A stretch of DNA of 64,000 nucleotides. Origin: a virus. How positions within the stretch are numbered: position 1 is the stretch's first letter; each line of letters opens with the position of its first letter. Position numbers and translations under genes: made by a program. The stretch spans positions 96,001-160,000 of IMG/VR virus record IMGVR_UViG_3300042520_001767; one strand, given 5' to 3'. This document shows positions 57,364 through 64,000 of this stretch, piece by piece. The notes below the pieces were generated by a model. The model ran no database searches. It was not told where the DNA came from and saw nothing but the letters and a program-made list of their open reading frames with translations.

Positions 57364-57684
57364 TTAAAAATTAATAATTTTATTATATAACCTTTCTAAT
57401 TCTGGTGTTTTGGTTTTTAGTGTTTCTATAACCTCGATACAAACTATATTTGGGTCTAAATCGTCTGTTAATTTATATTGCAGTTCTTTAACTTTCAACA
57501 TATCTTTTAAGTTATTTTTTAATTCTAAAATAACTTGGTTATAAGTTAACCAAGCTCTCTTATTGTCCATATTACCAATAACAAGTTTTTCAGTTAGTTT
57601 AATTTCATATTCGTGTTCTAGATTAGTATTAAAGTCACCATAATATTCCTTTAACACTAACTTTATTTTAGTATTTAACTCCAT
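57364..57684 (-). CDS. hypothetical protein, paralogue of 56892-57233
   Basis: ELQYKLTDDLDPNIVCIEVI; N-terminal IKLVLKE. Confidence 0.55.
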   Translation of the reverse strand: MELNTKIKLVLKEYYGDFNTNLEHEYEIKLTEKLVIGNMDNKRAWLTYNQVILELKNNLKDMLKVKELQYKLTDDLDPNIVCIEVIETLKTKTPELERLYNKIINF

Positions 57685-57694
57685 TTTTTTTTAC

Positions 57695-58027
57695 TTAGTT
57701 CAACGAAACATTTTTAGATAATGAATAATTATCAGTAATTTTATTAAACATCCAATCTTTTATTACTTGTTTAGTAAAGTCATCACCAGTTTTAAATTTG
57801 TATTTCATATATTCATATAAGTCTTTAGGTGAAATAATTTCTTCATCAGCCTTAACCATAATCATAGGTTTTTCAAAATATTCACCACCCTCACGAACAA
57901 ATTTTTCAGCTGGTTCATAATTATTGTCTAAAAATTCTTTCATTTGTTTTACAATACCACTATAGATATTAGTTTCAGCTATTATTCTTTTGTATTGAGA
58001 TTCTGTAATAATAAGTTTCTTTTTCAT
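57695..58027 (-). CDS. hypothetical protein with KKLIITESQY leader
   Basis: 110 aa; TATTTATA 3 nt before the ATG. Confidence 0.55.
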   Translation of the reverse strand: MKKKLIITESQYKRIIAETNIYSGIVKQMKEFLDNNYEPAEKFVREGGEYFEKPMIMVKADEEIISPKDLYEYMKYKFKTGDDFTKQVIKDWMFNKITDNYSLSKNVSLN

Positions 58028-58051
58028 ATTTATAAATATCTAAGAACACAA

Positions 58052-58077
58052 AAAAAGGTCCCAAATAGGACCTTTTT
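58052..58077. terminator. rho-independent terminator after thioredoxin
   Basis: AAAAAGGTCC-6 nt-GGACCTTTTT. Confidence 0.7.
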
Positions 58078-58100
58078 ATTTTTTAACATTAGTTGTTAAA

Positions 58101-58424
58101 CTATAATTCATTAATCATTTTCTGTAATTCTTCCTTTGATTTGAAACCTACAAATTTAGCACCATTAACCTCTTTACCATCTTTAAAGAATATTACGGTT
58201 GGAATACCCCTAACACCGTATTTTTGTGCTAATTCTTGATTTCCATCTACATTTACCTTACCAATAGTTATATCACTATTTTGTTCATCCGTTGATAATG
58301 ATTCCATTACTGGTGTCAACATTTTGCAAGGTCCACACCAATCTGCGCTAAATTGTAATACACCTATTTTTGATTGAATAACCTCATTAACATTATTTTC
58401 TGTAATTTGTTTTACTTTGCTCAT
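58101..58424 (-). CDS. trxA: thioredoxin
   Basis: FSADWCGPCK, KVNVD and YGVRGIPT. Confidence 0.92.
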   Translation of the reverse strand: MSKVKQITENNVNEVIQSKIGVLQFSADWCGPCKMLTPVMESLSTDEQNSDITIGKVNVDGNQELAQKYGVRGIPTVIFFKDGKEVNGAKFVGFKSKEELQKMINEL

Positions 58425-58545
58425 CTTTTTTTTTTTATTATTTTATTATTATTTTATTATTATAAGTATAGTGTTTAAATTTTTAAAATCAATAAAGTTA
58501 ATTAGTAATTTTAGTAAAACTTTTAAATTGATATTGTAGGTTAAG

Positions 58546-58851
58546 TTAAAAATTAAAAAATGTTCTAGTCGCAATAACAATTTTTTGAAAATCGACATAT
58601 CTGTCAGAATCAAAATACTCAGCTATATATTTACCGCATGTTTTATCGTCAAAACCATATATCAAAATTAAATCATTTGTTATCTTTATTACATCATCGA
58701 TTTCTTTTTTATCTAAATTACCAGATTTTAATGATAAATTTAATGTTCTACAATAACCATAATACGTTGAATATTGTGAAAATTTAAATCTATCTAAAGA
58801 AGATTCACAAATAGTTAAAAAAACATAATTATCAAATTTTACCATATTCAC
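58546..58851 (-). CDS. hypothetical protein
   Basis: 101-aa ORF. Confidence 0.45.
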   Translation of the reverse strand: MNMVKFDNYVFLTICESSLDRFKFSQYSTYYGYCRTLNLSLKSGNLDKKEIDDVIKITNDLILIYGFDDKTCGKYIAEYFDSDRYVDFQKIVIATRTFFNF

Positions 58852-58891
58852 TCATATTAATATATTTATAAAACAAGAAACAAAAAAAAAT

Positions 58892-59134
58892 ATGGATAAA
58901 AATGAAACAAATATGATGATTAAATTTATAGAAAGAAAATATCCAGTATCCAGAATAAAAGATAATATGCGTTTCAAAAGGGCTATAATTTTAGATAACG
59001 ATACCCATTATTTTTTAGGTAATGAAAATTCCCATAATCAAATAATCTTGCATCTTTGTCAAACTCTTAAAATAATTTTTTATTGTGAGGAAAAAAAGTG
59101 TATAGAGATTATAAAAAAATACTTAAATATTTAA
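58892..59134 (+). CDS. hypothetical protein
   Basis: 80-aa ORF preceded by TATTTATA. Confidence 0.55.
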   Translation: MDKNETNMMIKFIERKYPVSRIKDNMRFKRAIILDNDTHYFLGNENSHNQIILHLCQTLKIIFYCEEKKCIEIIKKYLNI

Positions 59135-59716
59135 CTACCACTCCTCAATCTTTTGTAATGTTAATTGTGTCCAATATCTACAGTTAGCACCATTAATACT
59201 TCCATACATTTCTTGAATTTGCATATAAACTAATTTGTTGTTATAGTCTAATATTTGACCACTAAAAGGTCTACTACTTCCACCTAATAATTGAGTTGTT
59301 GATAAAGGGTGTTCGGTTATCTTACCACCTGAGATATAATATGTTTTTGACATATCCCCGTTTAATATGAAATTACCGTTTCTATAAAATGAATATGTTG
59401 TTTCATCTTTAACGATTATTTCGATATCAAATTTATAACCACCATATAATAAACTAGAATTAGTTTTATTATAACCAAAATGTCTATACTTTATTTTTTC
59501 ACCAGTTTCTTTATTTTCAACATACATTACAGCATCTCTAACTATAAACTTACCAAATAAAGAAATAGATTGTGTTTTATCATTCTCCCATAGATAATAG
59601 GATTCTGGGTTACCTTTAGGGTAATCATCACTAGGATAAATAGAATCTTTTTCACAAGAGGTTAGATTTAATAAAATAACCGTAACTATAGATAACTTTA
59701 TAAGTAAATTTTTCAT
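59135..59716 (-). CDS. lipoprotein (SPII signal peptide)
   Basis: MKNLLIKLSIVTVILLNLTS|CEKDSIYPSDD lipobox with an acidic post-Cys segment. Confidence 0.75.
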   Translation of the reverse strand: MKNLLIKLSIVTVILLNLTSCEKDSIYPSDDYPKGNPESYYLWENDKTQSISLFGKFIVRDAVMYVENKETGEKIKYRHFGYNKTNSSLLYGGYKFDIEIIVKDETTYSFYRNGNFILNGDMSKTYYISGGKITEHPLSTTQLLGGSSRPFSGQILDYNNKLVYMQIQEMYGSINGANCRYWTQLTLQKIEEW

Positions 59717-59736
59717 ACTATTTGTTTTTATTTATA

Positions 59737-59768
59737 CAAATTTAGTGAATTTATTTTAATATAACAAA
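59737..59768 (-). promoter_or_regulatory. Bacteroidota housekeeping-sigma promoter
   Basis: TTTG-N20-TAAATTTG upstream of the lipoprotein gene. Confidence 0.65.
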
Positions 59769-59772
59769 TTTT

Positions 59773-60189
59773 TTAAATATTTTTTGTTTGTATGTCTGAA
59801 AATAAATTAGAAATCTTCTTATCTTCTGCTTCTTCATCCCTATCGACAATTCTTTTTATATCATACAACATAGCGTCTAACACACTTACCTTATTATCCA
59901 ATAAACGTACATTATTCGGCATATCTTGCCAATCATCCCCTAACAAATCATTTAATTTACTTTCAATTTTATAATTAATATTATTAATGTTTTCTAATTC
60001 ATTTCTATATTTTTCAATTAAAGAGTAATCCATTAATTCTTCCAAGGTTGATGAAATAACAATATTATACATACCATTAACTTTGTTTATTAATTGATTT
60101 ATGTTTTGAGTTAACGATTCAATATTAACATCTTCTGTTAATATATGCTTTAACATTTTTATTTGTCCTTCTGTTAATTTTATTTTCAT
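59773..60189 (-). CDS. hypothetical protein with KIKLTEGQ..ILTE leader
   Basis: 138-aa helical ORF preceded by the TATTTATA motif. Confidence 0.55.
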   Translation of the reverse strand: MKIKLTEGQIKMLKHILTEDVNIESLTQNINQLINKVNGMYNIVISSTLEELMDYSLIEKYRNELENINNINYKIESKLNDLLGDDWQDMPNNVRLLDNKVSVLDAMLYDIKRIVDRDEEAEDKKISNLFSDIQTKNI

Positions 60190-60244
60190 ATCTTTTTATT
60201 ATAAATATACTTGATTATTTAAAAATATTTAACTATATTTTTAA

Positions 60245-60697
60245 ATGGCAAATTTAGACTTTATAAGTGATTTAAAACTAGGTAATGAAGGGGAAGAAAC
60301 CATCATAAAATACCTATTAGATAATGGTTGTAAATACGTTGACTCTAACAATGATAACAAATATGACCTAAAAATGATTAAAAAAGACGTGGAGACAACT
60401 TACGAAATAAAAACTGACGTAAAATGTGCACCACTTTTTGATACTGGAAATATTTTTATTGAATTTGAATCCAGAGGTAAAGCATCTGGTATATCAGTAA
60501 CACAAGCTGATTGGTTTGTAACATATTTTAAATACCTAAAAGAAGCGTGGTTTATTAAATCAGATAAATTAAAAAAATTAATAAATGAAAACGATTTCCA
60601 AACATTTAAAGACGCTGGTGATGTCGGAAGTGCAACTCATGGATATTTAATAAAAAGAAAAGACTTTAAAGAATATTTCTATGTGTATAAATTATAA
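60245..60697 (+). CDS. PD-(D/E)xK nuclease-like protein
   Basis: GNEGE, YDLKM, YEIKTD and GNIFIEFESRGKASGI. Confidence 0.65.
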   Translation: MANLDFISDLKLGNEGEETIIKYLLDNGCKYVDSNNDNKYDLKMIKKDVETTYEIKTDVKCAPLFDTGNIFIEFESRGKASGISVTQADWFVTYFKYLKEAWFIKSDKLKKLINENDFQTFKDAGDVGSATHGYLIKRKDFKEYFYVYKL

Positions 60698-61307
60698 CAA
60701 ACAACTATTAATCGAATTAGTCCCAAAAACATGTCATTTTTCAAACGCAAGAACAATGGTACCCACTAAAGATTGGGATAAAATACGAAGATTATCATAC
60801 GCTTCAGCAAATAATAAATGTGAAATTTGTGGAGATTCTGGTAAAAATCAAGGTTTTAAACACGCTGTAGAATGTCATGAAATATGGGAATATAACGATG
60901 AAAACCATATCCAAAAATTAATCGGTTTAATTTCATTATGTCCTTATTGTCATTTAACCAAACATATAGGTAGAGCGATAGCTATGGGTAAAGAAAAGAT
61001 TTGTCATGTACAAATGGCAAAGGTGAATAAGTGGACACAACAACAAATACGAGAACACATTCTAACCTCATTTGAACAACATAAAGAACGTTCTAAATAT
61101 CAATGGGAATTAGATATCACTATATTAGAAAAAGAACCTTACAACATAAAATTAAAAGACTTTGATAAAAGAATATTCGAGGTTAAAAAATATAAGAAAA
61201 AGAAGAAAAAGAAAGTTCTTGGTGCACCTAAAAAGATTCACCCAAAAGCTAAGATGGCCGCTGCGTTAAAACCAAAAACAACAAATAAACGACCACCTAA
61301 AAGTTAA
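60681..61307 (+). CDS. HNH-like zinc-binding endonuclease with basic tail
   Basis: WDKIR, CEICG, ECHEIWEY and LCPYCH; Lys-rich C-terminus. Confidence 0.65.
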   Translation: MCINYNKQLLIELVPKTCHFSNARTMVPTKDWDKIRRLSYASANNKCEICGDSGKNQGFKHAVECHEIWEYNDENHIQKLIGLISLCPYCHLTKHIGRAIAMGKEKICHVQMAKVNKWTQQQIREHILTSFEQHKERSKYQWELDITILEKEPYNIKLKDFDKRIFEVKKYKKKKKKKVLGAPKKIHPKAKMAAALKPKTTNKRPPKS

Positions 61308-62023
61308 TAATGTATTAATGACCAATTTCCGTCATAATCCTCAACCAACGCTGTGTTCGATTCAACCCAATCACCAGAATTCATATATTCAATTCCATCT
61401 ATATTTCTAATCTCAGCTTTATGTATATGTCCGCAAATTACACCATCAAAACCTAAAGACTTAGAATGTGACACCATGTGGTTTTCAAAATTACCAATAA
61501 AGTTTGTTGCTTCTTTAACACTGGCTTTTATTTTTTGCGATAATGAAAAATATTCTTTACCCATAAATGCTCTATAATTATTATACCATTTATTTAACCA
61601 AAGAGCCATATCATAACAAATAGAACCAACCTTAGCCAACCATTTTATTTCATTAATAAAAATATCAAAAATATCTCCATGTAGAACCAAATATTTTTTA
61701 CCGTTTAAACCATATAGCTCGTGATTTTCCACTATTTCTATATTACCTAAACTAATCGGGATGAAATCATATAAAAAGTCATCATGGTTCCCTCTAACCC
61801 ATATTACTTTAGTCTTATAAGCTTTTTTCATTATTTTCCTAACACATTTCATATGTTCCCCTGACCAAGAGTTACCCCTTTTTAATGCCCAACCATCAAT
61901 AATATCCCCATTCAATATTAGTGTTTCACATTTAATTTCACTTAAAAATTTATAGATGTCTTTTGACCTAGAATAAGTCGAACCTAAATGCAAATCTGAA
62001 ATTATAACTGTTTTGTAATTCAT
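61304..62023 (-). CDS. UDP-2,3-diacylglucosamine diphosphatase-like (LpxH/LpxI2-type) metallophosphoesterase
   Basis: ISDLHLG, LNGDIIDGW, GNHD, HGD, GHIH and NSGDWVES. Confidence 0.8.
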   Translation of the reverse strand: MNYKTVIISDLHLGSTYSRSKDIYKFLSEIKCETLILNGDIIDGWALKRGNSWSGEHMKCVRKIMKKAYKTKVIWVRGNHDDFLYDFIPISLGNIEIVENHELYGLNGKKYLVLHGDIFDIFINEIKWLAKVGSICYDMALWLNKWYNNYRAFMGKEYFSLSQKIKASVKEATNFIGNFENHMVSHSKSLGFDGVICGHIHKAEIRNIDGIEYMNSGDWVESNTALVEDYDGNWSLIHY

Positions 62024-62724
62024 AACCAATAACCAATGTCTTTTTTAAAATATTCTTTATTATTCCTATTTATTGTGTTTTTGATAAAATATTTTATCAT
62101 TTGTAAAGTACCTAATTTTTTAAAACGTCTATCATCAGTATAAGTGTACTCATTTAAAATAACATACTTTTTAGTATCAATACTTTTACTCAAAAAATAA
62201 TCCTCACAATGCATTAGTGATTCATCAAAACCACCAATATTTAAAAACGCTCCTTTATTTATCATCATATAAGAACCAACAACAAAAGGTTTATCTAATT
62301 TTGATAAATAAAAAATTATATTACAAAAAAAATAAATAATTTTTACCCTTAGATTATTTTCAATGTTTAATAAACAACCCAATAACTCAGCCTTCTTCTC
62401 ATTGAACATCTCAAAAGAATCTAAAATTAATGTTGTGTTTTTAAAATAAACATCCGAATCCAAAAATAATAAAACATCACCTTCAGCCTCCAAAGCACCC
62501 CTGTTTCTACCAACCGAAGGTAAACCACCTTTAATTACTTTTAAATTAGGTAGCAAATTAGTGTAATTACTTATTATTTGTAGTGTGTTGTCTGTTGACT
62601 CAGCATCCGCTATTATTATCTCTACATATTTTGGTAATCCCTGTTCAATTAAACAGTCCAACAGAACACCTATATAATTTTCTTCGTTTTTACACGGTAT
62701 TATAATCGATAGTTTTTTTCTCAT
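62020..62724 (-). CDS. GT2 glycosyltransferase
   Basis: LSIIIPCKNEE, DAESTDNT, RNRGA, FLDSD, GGFDE, EDY and DRRF. Confidence 0.85.
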   Translation of the reverse strand: MRKKLSIIIPCKNEENYIGVLLDCLIEQGLPKYVEIIIADAESTDNTLQIISNYTNLLPNLKVIKGGLPSVGRNRGALEAEGDVLLFLDSDVYFKNTTLILDSFEMFNEKKAELLGCLLNIENNLRVKIIYFFCNIIFYLSKLDKPFVVGSYMMINKGAFLNIGGFDESLMHCEDYFLSKSIDTKKYVILNEYTYTDDRRFKKLGTLQMIKYFIKNTINRNNKEYFKKDIGYWL

Positions 62725-62811
62725 AATTATAAATAGATAAAAACCATGTTATACCATGTTAAGAAATTATTATTTTTTTTATTTAATACCATATTTATTA
62801 AATAAAAACCA

Positions 62812-63132
62812 ATGAATATAGTACATGTGAAGACTAATAACCAAGAAATAGAATCTTGGTTAGCCTTATTAGATAATGAAGTTATCGGACATATTTTTAT
62901 GAAAATAGAAAATAATAATAAAATTAAGTTTTTAGATGCTTGGATACATGATGAACATAGAAGAAAAGGTATATATAGAAAACTATGGGAAACTAGATGG
63001 AAATATGTAAATGAAAACTATAAAGACTATATAATATACGCTTGGTGTAAAGAAAATAGCTTACCGCTATTATTAGAAAAAGGATTCGTTTCTGGTGAAA
63101 CTTGTACTTATGTTGAATTTAACAACAATTAA
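62812..63132 (+). CDS. GNAT acetyltransferase
   Basis: AWIHDEHRRKGIYRKL and SLPLLLEKGF. Confidence 0.75.
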   Translation: MNIVHVKTNNQEIESWLALLDNEVIGHIFMKIENNNKIKFLDAWIHDEHRRKGIYRKLWETRWKYVNENYKDYIIYAWCKENSLPLLLEKGFVSGETCTYVEFNNN

Positions 63133-63156
63133 TAATATTTATTATAAAAATATATC

Positions 63157-64000
63157 ATGAAATTATTTTTAAATGAAAATACTAAAATAGAAAACTATTC
63201 CGAACCATCGACAAAACAATCAATAGATGAAATAGATGATATAGCAAATAGTATTTCTGACAATATATCAAAAGAAATTAAAATACCATCCGATGTGTTA
63301 AATAGTTTCACTATAAAATCAGAACTTAACCCTAAAATTTGGGAAAATGATAAAATAAACCCAAGTGTTCGAACAAAATTAGTTAAAATAGCAAACGACT
63401 TCTTTAAAGAACTTAACTTACCATCTGAAGTTAAAATGAAAGATATCATATTCACTGGTAGTCTTGCAAATTTTAATTGGTCAAAATATTCCGATATAGA
63501 TTTACATATAGTATTAGACTTCAGCCAAATAGAAGCAGAAGACCAATTTAAAGAAGATTTTTTCTACGCACAAAAAACACTATGGAACCAAGCACATGAT
63601 ATTACGGTATTTAATTACCCAATAGAATTATATGCCCAAGATATAAAAGCTAAATTGGTCGCATCAGCAGTTTATTCACTAAAAACAGATAAATGGATAC
63701 TTAAACCTTCTAAAGAAGATTTTAAAGTAAATAAAAAAGTTATCAAACAAAAAGCAGATAGGTTTATAGATAAACTTAAAGATATTAGAAAAGACTACCA
63801 AGATAACGAATTACAATCAGTTATCGATAAAGTTAAAAACCTAAAAGATAAAATAAAAAACTATAGAACAAGTGGTCTAGAAGATGGTGGCGAATTCGCA
63901 ATAGAAAATCTAGTATTCAAAACCCTTAGAAGAACACCTTTTATGGATATACTAGATAGTTACAAAGCTAAAGCTTACGATAAACTTATGTCAGTAAAAG
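63157..64000 (+). CDS. Pol-beta-superfamily nucleotidyltransferase (3'-truncated; not in the ORF track)
   Basis: Open from ATG 63157 to the window end: MKLFLNE...FTGSLANFNWSKYSDIDLHI...PIELYAQD...GEFAIENLVFKTLRR. Confidence 0.75.
   Translation, partial: MKLFLNENTKIENYSEPSTKQSIDEIDDIANSISDNISKEIKIPSDVLNSFTIKSELNPKIWENDKINPSVRTKLVKIANDFFKELNLPSEVKMKDIIFTGSLANFNWSKYSDIDLHIVLDFSQIEAEDQFKEDFFYAQKTLWNQAHDITVFNYPIELYAQDIKAKLVASAVYSLKTDKWILKPSKEDFKVNKKVIKQKADRFIDKLKDIRKDYQDNELQSVIDKVKNLKDKIKNYRTSGLEDGGEFAIENLVFKTLRRTPFMDILDSYKAKAYDKLMSVK

Noticed and set aside
173-63455. Short antisense or overlapping ORFs in the track (e.g. 527-745, 16377-16694, 29124-29834, 41358-41771, 51855-52229, 63195-63455)
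   Set aside because: They are shadows of well-supported genes on the other strand or frame, with no motifs or start signals.
1-64000. Stop-codon reassignment (TAG or TGA), as in some large phages
   Set aside because: Core genes are intact under code 11, and TAA, TAG and TGA all terminate genes at sensible positions.
1-64000. tRNA or rRNA genes
   Set aside because: No cloverleaf or rRNA-like segments were recognised by eye, and intergenic gaps are short and AT-rich. tRNAscan was not run.

Overview
AT-rich fragment of a large T4-like (myovirus-type, probably jumbo) phage genome. The host is most likely a Bacteroidota bacterium, based on six TTG-N20-TAnnTTTG promoters, no evident Shine-Dalgarno motifs and a Bacteroidota-type lipoprotein. 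Layout: (1) 1-14.5 kb, a glycan-biosynthesis island (GT2, GT4, GT25, GT11 and GT10 glycosyltransferases, gmd, DegT, FkbM, acyltransferase, SGNH, cupin) plus PhoH; (2) 14.5-21.7 kb, a gp55-like late sigma factor, a gp5-like baseplate spike and hypothetical structural genes; (3) 21.8-47.8 kb on the minus strand, the head module (major capsid, scaffold, prohead protease, intein-containing portal, terminase large subunit with two inteins), a DUF285 repeat protein, ThyA and KTSC; (4) 47.9-64 kb, ClpC and accessory genes. The most striking feature is a fractured clpC gene. It is cut just after Walker A into two ORFs carrying the halves of an atypically split intein (37-aa IntN, 135-aa IntC), with a free-standing Vsr-like endonuclease gene between them; that gene's start region is covered by a 13-bp hairpin. 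Also found: two homopolymer-associated -1 frameshift candidates (A10 and U9), a recurrent IKKLLRE / L-x-E leader suggesting capsid-targeted, protease-processed polyproteins, and a sense-strand TATTTATA motif upstream of many genes. No tRNA, rRNA or CRISPR array was seen. Family assignments are by motif recognition only; no database search was run.
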